In this document: positions 20,643-33,021 of the stretch, piece by piece | Layout of the letters: each line of letters begins with the position of its first letter | How positions within the stretch are numbered: the first letter of the stretch is position 1 | Made by a program: the position numbers and the translations under genes | Notes under the pieces: model-generated | Told to the model about the DNA's origin: nothing | The model's input: the letters and a program-made list of their open reading frames with translations, nothing else | Databases searched by the model: none | Source: Nymphaea colorata | Lineage: Eukaryota | Assembly (NCBI RefSeq): GCF_008831285.2 | Contig: NC_045138.2 | Coordinates: forward strand, 1,922,001-1,986,000 | Length of the DNA stretch: 64,000 nucleotides | Reading direction: 5' to 3'

Positions 20643-23039
20643 ATGAGTGGTCCTCCAAAAAGATCACATGATGAAGCCGCATTTACCATGAAACGACCTC
20701 TTGAAGATGCTACTGCGTTTTCAAATCCAAGTGGAAAATCAACTCAATCTGTTATAAATGACTATCATCCACCTTTTGAATCTGGCTTAGATGGGCGATT
20801 GGCAAAAGGCTCACGGTCTGAATCCCGTGATGTTGATAAAAGATATGGTGTTGGTGTTCTTCCACTTTATCGAGTTTCTTCATCTAATGATCCTGCACTT
20901 GAAACAAGTGCGGATGCTAGGTCAGATACAAGGGAATTGAAGGACAACAGAGATTCAAGATCTGAAGTTAGAGAGGCAAAGGTAGATGCTAGGGAGCTAT
21001 ATGGAGATTCACGGTTAGATTCTCAATTGTTGAAAGCTGACAAAGACACAAGGTTAGAAAGTAGAGGAGATGACAAAGATCTCAAAGCTGAGAGAGAGAC
21101 CATAACAAATTTTAAATATGAAAGTAAAATGGAAAAGGATGCATATGTAGGAGGAGCGACACACTTGAGCTGGAAAGACCCTAAAGATCATCATCGAAAG
21201 CGATACCAGGATCCATCATTTGATAGTTATGAACCTTGGCGAGTTTCGCGGAGTATGTTGCATGGATCTGATGAGATAACTAAAAGTAACATACCAAGTG
21301 AAGACAAGGAGTACTTTGAAACTCGAGAGGCTGTTGGGGAGAACAAGGTTGAGTGGAAGAGTGAAGAGAAATTCAGGGATAAGGAGCGAAAAAGGAAAGA
21401 TGAGAAATCTAGGGATTGGATAGAGAGAGAAAAGGAGAAGAGCGATCGCCGTAAAGATCCTCAGCATGCTATCGGCAACAATGAGCGTAGAGAATCTGCA
21501 AGAGTTGAAAGAGAGCTTGACAGATCAGAAAAGGAAAGCATGGATGGTGGAAAAGACAAGGAAAGGCTAAAAGATAGGGAAAAGGAGCATGTAAAGAGAG
21601 AAATGCAGGATACCAATGAAAAAGAGTGTGTGCAGGGTGACAAGGAACACATAGAGGGAACTACTAAGGGGAATGAACCAGAAACTGCAGCTTTTGATCC
21701 AAAGCGAACAAAAGAATTTGAAGCATGGAAAGCCGGTGAAAGAGATTCCAAAGATAGGAAACGAGAAAGAGATCAAGATAATGAAGGAGATAGACAAGAA
21801 AAGCGTGGCAGGTCCTATGAAAAGGATGCTGATGATGGATTTGCAGGGGATGGGTCAACAGAGAGGGAGAGGGAAGGATTTAATTATGGAGTTCAACAAC
21901 GTAGAAGAATGCTTCGACCAAGGGGGACTCTTCAATCAGCAAGTAGGGAATCTCGGCGCTCTCGTCAAAGAGATAACGAAGGGTACCATACCGACCTTTC
22001 TGCTTTATTTCATAAAAATGTCTGTTAGTTGTGGTTAAGCATTTTTTTTATTTGTTTTCTTCCTGAAAGTCATAAGCTGTACTGTTTTTGTCAGCTGACA
22101 TGTCTTTAACTTCTATGCAGCTATCATCTATTGAGAGTGTATGTTACTTGCTCATTGAGGCATCAATATGTTGTCAAGTTAATGGTCGTTTTGGTACTTC
22201 ATGGTGTAATCCAGTTATTATTATTATTTTTTGGGGGATACATAAAAGTTTTTGCAGGAGACACTTCGGTGTAAGTATGGCACCTCACATAATATGTAGC
22301 CAACCATTATGGAGAACAGAACCTTATGGCTTATATAATGGATATTGGTCATGGATAATTATTGTATGTTATAATACTGTCCTTTTATGGCATTTGGCAT
22401 TTCTTTATGGCAAAGATGGGGATGAAAATGCTTTGATATTGTTTTCATTAACTTAAATATTCATTCCTAATGTGGCAATTACTTGACAAGGAGCATTACA
22501 AAAACCGACATATTAATGTTATTTATGCTAACATATGCCAATGCGAAACTACATGACAGTGTCGTGGATTGGCGTTTATGGTTTTTGACTGATATATGTC
22601 GTGCCCCTGTTTTGGAAGTATTTTGCTTTTTAGGGTGCTGTTTACATGGTGCCTTGGCTTCTTAGTAATATCTCCTTGTTTTGGTCAAGTACATATATAT
22701 CCCAATAAGATGAAGTTGGTGCTCATGTATTGTCTAGTTGCTGGATCTTCTAGTCAGCAACTTGGTGATTAGGATGTAAAATTTCCATGAACAAATTTAC
22801 TTCTCAAGTTCAGTCAGTAAACTGTTTGTGTCCTAAGTTTCATTATCCTTAAATTTTGAGTCCATTGCTACTTGTGTAATTTGTCTGAATCTGTTGTTGA
22901 CAGTTATTAGGACCTGATATGGAGATTATGCATTATTACCATGTTGTATGGATGCCGACACAATTTTTTATGTGAAATATGGGAAAAAATTCCAACCACA
23001 GCTTGTTTTATGAACCTGGACGTGTGTATGTGTGTGTGT

Positions 23040-23078
<39 letters not shown>

Positions 23079-26000
23079 CACCTTTATGACTAATCTCTCT
23101 GTGTCTAGGCTAAACCCTTCGATGTCTCCAAGTGTGGAAGCAGGGCATGTAGGCTTTGAGGTGTTGCACCTGAAATATCTGATGGTGGCTGCTTTATTTC
23201 AAGCACACAACAACAAATTTCTTTCTTTTCTTACCACACTTCAATGTTTTAAAAAATGAAGTGTTGTGGGACAGTGTTCACAATGTCAGAAACTGGCATT
23301 TTGGCCCTCTAGGAGGTCAAGTAATGGAGCTATTTATATTTATAATGGTTTATAACTTAAGATAAAAGAAAAAAAAGATAAATTCTGAGGATGGGAGTTG
23401 TTTGTTCTTTGAAGAAATGTTTGTAACACTGGATGGCAAGACATGGTTGAGTGGTTGACTTAGGACTTGGGTCATGAATATGCCAATGGTAGACAGTCCC
23501 TTGAACTCATTCTGTCTTGTCTGTTGTAATGTAGATAGGAGGTTCTTCATGCATGGAGCATAATAACCATGGGATATATCTTGCATCAGATGACCAAGTT
23601 ATCAGGACACTCATGTACTGCAGTTGTATTATGCCCCTGGTCAAAATGTGACAGAATATAGTATCCAGTTGCTCCTCTAAGATTTTTGTTATTAACGATG
23701 TGACATTGTTTTTCTAGTGAAAGGAGATTCAAAATGGATTCCAAGTTAAGCAGTCCCTGTATGGACAATCAGTTGTGTTGACACTTGAATTTACCTCCAT
23801 CTCACTGGATCAGTTACATTTGTGCTTCAAGGGCAACAAATTGTTGAAGTTACTCCTGATTGAGCTTCAACAGAAAAATATGAGCTGTTTAACTTTTCTT
23901 TGAGATTCTTGCACATCCTTAGTTTCCAGTTTCTATTTTTTCAGTATGAAGCATCTTTAAACCTTTTAATTTAATTGTCATGCATCTGATAGTTGAAATT
24001 TGTTACTTTATTTCCACTTGATAGCTTCTTCCTGATCAGAGGTGCTGTCAAACTTGCTGTTTTTATTTTTGTCTTATCTTACTACAAATCCCATTTTTCT
24101 TTTTTCATTGTTTGCAGGTCTCAAGGTTAGCAGTGATCTTCCTCTTAACTGGTTTTTGCTTTGGCATAATTACTGCAAATCAGGACACTTTCAGCACCTT
24201 GGTGGCTCTGTCAGTTGTGAAAATCATGCCTGCACTTGTCCTCAAATTTAATTTTGGACTATTACCTTTCTGCTGGTTTTGTTTATTTGTTTTCTTCTGC
24301 TTATTCTTACTCCCAATATTATTTTGTACTGTTGCATGATGGGACGAACCAATTAGGTTTCGTCCTGGTTGATTTTCATGGCTTGACACCTATGAGGGAG
24401 TTGTGTTTCAGGAGAGTGGCTTCATTCATTCCTACATAATTTCCCACTAGAAACCATATGAATATGTGTTTCTTGAAGTGGGTAATGAAGATGTGCTTTA
24501 TCCTATAATAAGATTGGTTCCATAATTCAGGGATTACTCAACTTTTTTCTTGTTGATTTTCTTAACCAAACAGATGAAACAACTGTTTCTCCTGTACACT
24601 TGCTTAACAAATTACAACTTCTTGAGTGGGGCGTGTGGTCCTCTATGAAGGGCAAGACAGACCCAGAACTGCAGAATTTACCATTTATTCAGCCAGGATA
24701 TTGTGCTATCTGGAAAGTTGCAACTGTGTCATCTGCTCTTGCATGGGATTTGAGTCACAGTTGTGAAATTTTACAATGTTAGAAGCTGAATTTACTTCAT
24801 TAGGATAAAAACGCATTCCATTTTAAGCATTACCATCTTCTATTTTAGCAATATTAATTGGCCGAGTTCTCATAAAGCCCGATGTTAAATATATGGAAAT
24901 TCTGTGGGGTTTGTGAGAGACTGTACCATCCGTTTGTTAGTTCCTTATTTTAAGACAAACTCCAGGATTGTGATTGTGTGGCAATGCATGTGGCCTATAA
25001 AAATATGTGTAAGTTAAATGTATGTGTTGGCCATAAGGTTAATCAATCAAATCATTTAAACCTTTTCACCACTACTGCATTATTTTATACGTTTTGGCCT
25101 CTATTCCTGTGAAATATTTACCAGTTATATAGTGAAGTGTTTGATGAGTTTTTGGTACTTGAATTACATTAGTTTTCTCTTACTCTTACATGAGTTACCT
25201 GCCTACATGGTATAGAATTTTCAATGTCAACTAGATAAATTGCTGGTAAACGTTTTTACGTAAGGTGATGTTCTCATAATAGATGCATTTTTAAGTTCTT
25301 TCCACATTGTCTTCTTTTTCCCTGAGTTATTTCAACATGGTCCATGTTTTTTTCACCTTTTTCATGTTTATAAAAGATTTTCAACTATGTTATCAGTTCT
25401 TACATCCATCTATTTGTTAGTTGATATTATGATTGGCTTGTTTTGGGATATCTTTAAAGCATCCTTTTTTAACTTTTTTTTTTTGCTCCACTTCCCTCCT
25501 GTTACTTAGTTTCACTTTTTGGAGAACCTCAAGTTCGGTTCCTATCATTTATTATGCATTTTATTCATAAAGAGTCTTTCTAGGCTTTCTGATGATCTCT
25601 CTGAATATGCATGAAATTTCATTCCCAGTGTCTTTGTGGAAATTAGTGAAAGACCTTTTTATTCAAATATTTATTTGACATCAATTTCAGGAAAACCTGA
25701 GTTATCAACTGTAGTATACAAGGTTGGTGAATGCATGCAAGAGCTTGTAAAATTGTGGAAGGAATTTGAAGGATCTCAAAGTGGCAAAACTGAAGTGTCT
25801 CAGAATGGAAAAAATGAAGATGGTGGTCACAGTGAAGGTCCAACTCTGGAGATCAGAATACCAACTGAATATGTGACCGCCACAAACCGTCAGGTATGTA
25901 CATCAGATATTTATGGAAGGTAATTTGTATGTTCTTGGTTACTGGATACAACTTGAAAATCAGTATATGGCCAGTTTTCTATAAAAGCTTGTATCACTTC

Positions 26001-29000
26001 TTAGAAACAAGTTGTTCTCATCCCCATAAAAGCTTATCAAATAAAGTAGGAATTTACAGTATTTTTAGTTATACTTATATCCAATGTATAGTTTTATGAA
26101 ATCCAGAATTTTTTGTTAATACATCCTTTTCTTTGAGACAATGCAATTATAAATGCTATAAAAAGGGTTGACATATCAAAGAGAACACTTGACTGTCTTC
26201 AATGCAATTGAAGGAGTTAGTAGTAATACTGTACAGGTGCAGCAGTGAATCTCCAAGTGGTAGCAAGAATTTCTCCAGGATATCTAATTCTTATTGCCCT
26301 ACTAGGATGGATTGTGCTTTCACATATGTTAATAAGCTGATCTATTTCAGCCTTTACCTTGAAGCTGGATATTGCTGCAGTAATACACTTTCTAGGTCTT
26401 CTGTCCGGATGAGAGTCAATGGCATCTTGGGCACCTGTATAAGCTTGACTTAAGTCGTTCTTGGGTCAAATGGTTAACTAATTTAGTTAAATGAGCTGAG
26501 CATGAGCTAGGTCTTCAACTTGTATGAGCTGATTGAAGTGCATATACATAATCCATTTTACATTTTCAGCAAAAAAGCCGCCTCTGGTATAATGCTGCAT
26601 TGTGAATGATGTGATGAGCTTCACTGTCAAAAACCACCAGTCTTCTCTTTGAAATAAAATTTCCAAACTAAAGACAATTATGTTGGGCTTGGCGCAGCTA
26701 GGCTTTAGCTAGTAGCTAGGTCCTTCTAAACCCTGAGACACATGCTTTTTCTTGCGTATGGTTAAGCACTAAGCAGGTCTTCTTTTGGACTTGTCTGACC
26801 AGACTGTACATTTTTGAGGTTTCTTCTGAGAAAACAATTACTCAGTCTCAGATGCAAAATGACATAAAAAATCATTTTCCTGCGGATAGAAGATCAGCTT
26901 TAGAAGCCCCAACAAAGTTCGGACTATTAGTTTTAAGATCTTATATAATCTTATTCACACATTTGTAAAACATCTTTTCGTTTATATGTAATGTTTTGGA
27001 TGTGGAGATTACGTCCATAAGGTAGATCCTAAAAGAATGTTAAAATGAAGGGACTTGTTGCATTAGTCTCAAAGAGATTGCAGGATTGGTTAGAAACATG
27101 TCTCATATATTGTGGGGATATTTAAAGCAACATATATATGTACATATGTAATGTACGTATGTATGCATACATAAGGGTGGGCGTCGGGCCAGCCCGGCCC
27201 GGGTCGGCCCGTTGGGCCCGACCCGGCCCGGTCCGACGCCCACCGGCATCCTCCCTCCCTCCCCTACCTGCTCCTTCCCCTTCCTTCCTTCCTCCCTCCC
27301 TCCCTCCCCTCTTCCCCTACCCGCTCCTTCCCCTCCCTCCCTCCCTCCCTCCCCTCTTGCCCTACCCGCTCCTTCCCCTCTTCCCCTACCCGCTCCTTCC
27401 CCTTCCTCCCTCCCTCCTCTCTTCCCCTCCCCTCTTGACCCTGACCCACCCAATGCCATCCCCGACGAGGAAGCCCTAAAAGCAAGATTGTGCGTTATAT
27501 GTTTGCCGACTTCCTCCTCCAACTAAAATGGCACTTCCCGTCGTCCTGCACCTGCAATCGTCTGGCTTTGCAATCCTCAACAGGAATCCCAAAGCTAGAT
27601 AGTCTGCGAGAGCGAGAGAGCGAGAGAGGGAGAGAGAGACAAGACGAGATGATGCGTGTATCGCCTCTGCCTCTCCCTCTCCATGGTTAGCCGTCGAGAG
27701 TTCACTTCTGTCTCAGAAGAATGCCCATCGGCAGCTGCTGCTCGTCCTCCTCTGATTAGGGTTTCAATGACGGAACATGCTGGAAGAGGTGAGTTAACGG
27801 GCCGGATCGGGCCGGGCCGGGCCGACCCGAGCTGCGTCATCTGGCCTGGTCCCGGCCCGGGACCCGGTTTTTCCGGCCCGGACCCTGGCCTGACCGGGCC
27901 GGGTACCGGGTACCCGATGGCAGCCCGGCCCGACGCCCAAGCCTATGCATACATGTATATAAAATCCTTTTTGCATATTCTAAATGTCCCCTCCTTTTTG
28001 TTTCTTTATTTTGTGCATTTCATTGTATGTGTTGCTTGTTTAAGATATGTTTTTAGTGCTTTTTCCTCAAATAATGTAAATAGCTGCCTGACTCATAAGA
28101 ATACTCTCCTGATCGATACTATTTGGGCAGATGTGGTGCTATTTTACATAAATTAGTTTTATTTGGCATGTACTATGTATTTCTTTAAGTGCTTTTTTTT
28201 TTTTGGTAAATATTGTTTTTTGGCGTTTTACACCTTCCATCACTTGATTAATTTTCAGGAATATAGAGTCTTAGACTATTGTAGTTTGAGGGCAAAATTT
28301 GATCTTGTTATGGGCTTATATCACATTTTTAAATTTCAGATCTCTTGCTTTAATTTCTGGCATACAATGTGTATTGTTAACACTACCTGCTTGCTTTCAC
28401 TTTTTTTTTTACCTTAATTTTTTGTTATGGTTGTATAAGTGCGTACTTGGGTTCGTGCATCCAGGTTAGAGGTGGCCAGTTATGGGGAACAGATGTGTAT
28501 ACTGATGATTCAGATCTAGTTGCAGGTTTGTCTTCTTTGTCTCTTGGTGTTTCTCTTCCAGATGCTTCCCAACTACATGTCGGTCATGAAAACATGCACC
28601 TTCTGACTTATTAAATGCTCTTCGTATACCTTTTTTTTTATCAGTTCTCATGCATACTGGCTACTGTCGTCCAACGGCCTCCTCCCCACCATCAGCTATC
28701 CAGGAATTTCGTGCACATATCAGAGTGCTTCCACCACAGGAATGTGAGTCTGAATTTCGAACCATTTCCATCTTTACATGCATACGCATTCACTCATGCA
28801 CATGGAAGGAGATCGTACCTTCTTGATACAGTTCAATTCCTTGTGATTGATTTCTGGTTATATTCAGTCCTTTTCTTGTTTAAAGTTTGTGGTTTTGATT
28901 TGCTTTGCCTTGGTGGTGTTCCAAGTGCTCTGTAGCTGCCTTTTCATTTAGCTGTTTTGGTGTTGTAACTTAGAAATGATAAGGAAACTGCTGTAATATG

Positions 29001-31631
29001 TTGAGTAGCTTTGGTAGACTGAAAGGTTCTGTGTAGCTGCTCTGACTTAATTTTGGCTTAGTCGCCTGCAGACTGTACCATTGTGGTTGTCTGCATGGAA
29101 TACGGAATTTCTGTTATATATTTCTGCTGCCACCTTTCCTTTTGCTGGAACTACCCAGTCTGTGTCCAATTAAAGTACTTATTTCAATTTCAGGTTACAT
29201 TTCAACATTGAGAAACAATGTTCGCTCTCGTGCTTGGGGTGCTGCTACTGGTTGTAGTTATCGTGTTGAACGATGCTGCATTGTGAAGGTGATCTTATAT
29301 ATGCATACATACAAACATACGTAAATGAAATTTCTTGTTGGTCTGCTGCTGTAATAGGACATCTTGGTGATGCATTTTTTCTTACCTTGCAGAAAGGTGG
29401 TGGCAGCATTGATCTAGAACCTTGTCTTACACACACTTCAGCCGTGGAGCCAACTTTAGCACCAGTTTCCACTGAGCGTACCATAACAACTAGATCTGCT
29501 GCATCCGTACGGGCATTTGCACTAGCTTTCACAAGCTTATTTGATTTAGCTCCCTAGTTTATGTATTTTTGGTTGTTCTACTATCTGAAATTCCTTTAAA
29601 ATCCCTACAAGCAGGATTTCTCATACCATCTAAAGCATTGCCACACTTTTTTTAAAAAGTTGCATTAAAATGTGAAAATAAGGGGAAAAAGTGAGAAACC
29701 TTGAAATTTGAAATTATTTGACAAAATGAAAATGTGGTCGAAATATCAAGTTATGTTTGTGATACTTTTGCAAGTTAGAAAAGCAATGCATATTTTATTT
29801 TTTTGGGTTTCTTTAGCGTTTTAGTAATTATTTGGAACTTTATAGATGTTTTTGTCAAATTAGTAGAAAATTATTATTTCATACTTTTTGTATTATTTTA
29901 TTATATTTCCTTATTCTTTGAATTTCCAAGATCTTCCCAAGAAAATAAAATTTGCCAGTCAATATCTGATTAAATTCACGCCCATGAAATCCCTTGAACA
30001 CTATTTGTGGCGATAGTTTATAACATATGAGAATGTCAGATTTTAGACGTATGGAAACTTATTGATGTATGTTCTCATCTAAATCTTGCTTTCAAGATAT
30101 ATTTTTGATAAACTGAATTAGATTTATCTGTTATTTAATTTGTGTGTCTCTGTCTAATTGAGCGTCTTTTAAGCGACTAAAGTATGGAAAACATTTTAAG
30201 TCATTGATGCATGTGACATCTGCATGTCCATTATTTTGTGTTTCTTTGGCTAGAGTTGCCAGACATTTCTAGAAAAAGATAACTTATAGTGAATCAATCA
30301 CCTTGGCCATGTGGAAGTGATAACAATTTGGCCCATCATGGTAATGTTTCTCGGGGTATGCAGGTTGTTAATGCACATACATAAGGCCAAACTTGAAAAA
30401 TAGTGCCATTCATTTCCTCATTCTGTACAAAGAATATTATTTGCTTTCTTTTTGAGCTACATTTTTTTTTATGTTTGATCTTCTTTTATGCTAATCAGTT
30501 ATTTAAGTTGATCCTTTTTTCTGATCTAGTTAACCGTTTCCTTGTTCATAACACCTATTCAAGTCAGTTATTCTATTACTGAACTTTTTTTTCTCCCATG
30601 AACTTTTGCAATTGCTCATAAGGACTTGTAAGTTTTCGATTGTGGGTTTCTTATTGTTGTGCAGAATGCATTTCGCCTTCAAAGACTCGTGCGTGAAGTT
30701 ACAATACAGTATAACCTATGCAATGAGCCGTGGTATGTGGTATCTCCCCAAGTTTCTGTTTGTTACACACACATGGATATCCCTTTGTTGTATGTAGGTA
30801 AAATTTTTTTCATGAAGTTATGTATATGAATGTGCATTCAGAGAACTTCCAGTGAAATTTTTAGGAAGGGAAGAAAATTTTGCATGAAATTTTGCCTAAT
30901 CAAACAAAAAATTAGAAAAGATGGTAATAGAACAAAGCCTGAAGCCAGAACCATTTTTTTAAGTTATCCTTGAAGGAAAAACCTAGTTCATGCAACAAAT
31001 GATTTTTGCCATATCAGATCATTTACTTTGGAAAAGTAACATACCGATTTTTTTGTCTCTGTAGTAAAAAGTTCTGGAGGGCCTAGGCTTGCGTGGACCT
31101 TCAAAGAGCCAAGTGAAAAAAGGAAAAAAAGATAAGGAGGAAGAGGAAGAAGAATAAGAAAAGAAAGAAAAAACAGGGAAAAAAAAAGAATGAAGAAAGG
31201 AAACCCTAGAAAGGAAAATGGAAAAAATGAATTTAAAACTCTTTTGTTTTCACTTGGGCTCTTTGGTGGCTCAGCTTTTAGTAAAAAGAGGGGTTGGAGT
31301 CTATGGCCCAGATGTGCTTTTCAGTGTCGAGTTTCTCGTTCAGGAGAATTTGTTGGATATTTTGCTACACATTATCTGCATCAGCTAGTGGTGATTTTAA
31401 ATTCGATTTCATTTTCTCCAGTTATGTCCTTGTTGCTGGATTTACCTGGTGATTGTTCTTTTCTGTTTGAACATGTTGCAGGGTTAAATACAGCTTAGGT
31501 ACAGTTGCAGATAAGGGTCTGAAAAAACCACTTTTCACATCTGCTAGGTTGAAGAAGGGCGAAGTGTTGTACGTTGAAACACATTCAAACAGGTTCAGTA
31601 CAATCATATGATACTCCAAAAATCCATCTGC

Positions 31632-31683
<52 letters not shown>

Positions 31684-33021
31684 TTTTCTTTTCTTTCTTT
31701 CCTCCTGCTATTGATGTTGACTGCAGAGTTCTTTCAATGTGCTGGACTTTGTCAGCCCAGTTGTTTATTGTGTGGATGATATTTATCCATGAGGATGGCT
31801 TAGATGACTCCATCTTCCAATTTTACTCTGCTTGGCATGCGTATTGCATGTCAAATAAATTCATTCAGTATTTTTGTTAGTCTATCTTAAAATTGTTCTT
31901 TCGCTCCATCTTCCATGGTAACTTTTCAAGTGTTGCTCGGTGGTTGACTTTGACTAACCTAATTAATATTATTGTGTGCATCATTCCAGTAAAGTTGATT
32001 TTGGATGGTAAATAATAAAATCTTGTGTCCTTGTGCTTGAAGGTATGAGCTCTGCTACAATGGGGAAAAACCTGTTGGCAGTGTAACTATAAATTCCAAT
32101 ACACAAGAAAAAGGCTCTGCTGAACCTGAGAAGCATACAAATAATCAATCTCATGCTCAAAACGGGGATCGCCATCCTGCCCGGATATGTAATGGTGGTG
32201 AAAGAGAGCCTCTTGTGGATGTTTTTAGATGGTCACGTTGCAAGCAGCCTCTTCCACAAAAGGTCGTGCGCTCCTTTGGCATACCTTTGCCCATTGAACA
32301 TCTAGAGGTATAATTTTGACACTTTGCACAGTTATCTTGAGCTTTGATTGAATCAGGAAACAGAGACAGATTTCTTATTCAGGATAGCTTTTTCCCAGTT
32401 CTTTTTCAAATGATGCCGCAAGCTGCTTCTTGTAATGGAAATTTAAAGATCTTCTCTTGTAACTTGAGAGTGTTACAAAAAGATAAGATCATGCATGTCA
32501 TGTGAGGCTGTCCAATTTTTTGCCTCACCGAACAGATAATCAGTTCATTAAAAGTCATTTCTAGTTGAGGCGAGATAGGATGAGTGTCTAAACAAAGTGT
32601 CCATGTGATGAGTTCTAGATTTCCCAAACAAGTCAAGTTGCGTATATGCAACAAGTAGCAGTACTGTATCACTTGTCTGATAATCGGACAAAGAACCCTG
32701 TCTAATGACCGTGTTCTCATGCACGGCCACATTAATTCATCAGGATGAAGTTGCTGGTACTAGATGGTGACTTTACTTTGTTATAAAGCTGAATCCTGCT
32801 TTTGTCTGCATAGTAAAGCACCTTGTTGGGCTCTCATTTGTTTCTGCAGCTCTCTTATATGCAGATTCTCTTATCTTTTGAGATCTCTTACCATAAATCC
32901 TGGCATTTAGGTTTTGGAGGAGAATCTTGACTGGGAAGATGTGCAGTGGTCACAGACTGGAGTTTGGATTGCTGGGAAAGAATATGTGCTTGCTCGTGTG
33001 CATTTTCTTTCCCCGAATTAG
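20643..33021 (+). CDS. HDC1: Histone deacetylase complex 1 protein (Rxt3-domain scaffold), 11 coding exons
   Basis: Exons 20643-21982, 24118-24125, 25691-25893, 28465-28525, 28645-28743, 29194-29288, 29393-29506, 30665-30732, 31482-31592, 32043-32307 and 32911-33021, all GT-AG and frame-consistent. Motifs recalled from Arabidopsis HDC1: MSGPPKRSH, VVYKVGECMQEL, GGQLWGTDVYTDDSDLVAVLMHTGY, NNVRSRAWG, and C-terminus WSQTGVWIAGKEYVLARVHFLSPN. Confidence 0.95.
24118..24125 (+). CDS. HDC1: 8-nt coding microexon of HDC1 (GTCTCAAG)
   Basis: Polypyrimidine tract plus TTTGCAG acceptor before and GTTAG donor after. It repairs the phase-2/phase-1 mismatch of the flanking exons, giving DNEG-SQ-GKPEL. Confidence 0.85.
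27172..27945. mobile_element. non-autonomous hAT-type DNA transposon (774 bp) in an HDC1 intron
   Basis: 8-bp TSD TGCATACA (27164-27171, 27946-27953). Left TIR TAAGGGTGGGCGTCGGGCC versus right TIR reverse complement TAGGCTTGGGCGTCGGGCC (16/19). GC-rich CCGGCCCG subterminal repeats at both ends. Confidence 0.9.
31632..31684. repeat. compound (TA)n(TG)n(CG)n microsatellite
   Basis: 53 bp of unbroken purine-pyrimidine alternation in an HDC1 intron. Confidence 0.95.

Noticed and set aside
21983..22028. 461-aa ORF end as the real HDC1 stop
   Set aside because: This is read-through into the intron; homology continues in downstream exons.
27103..28156. Pro-rich and Gly/Arg-rich ORFs
   Set aside because: By-products of the low-complexity GC-rich interior of the hAT-type element.
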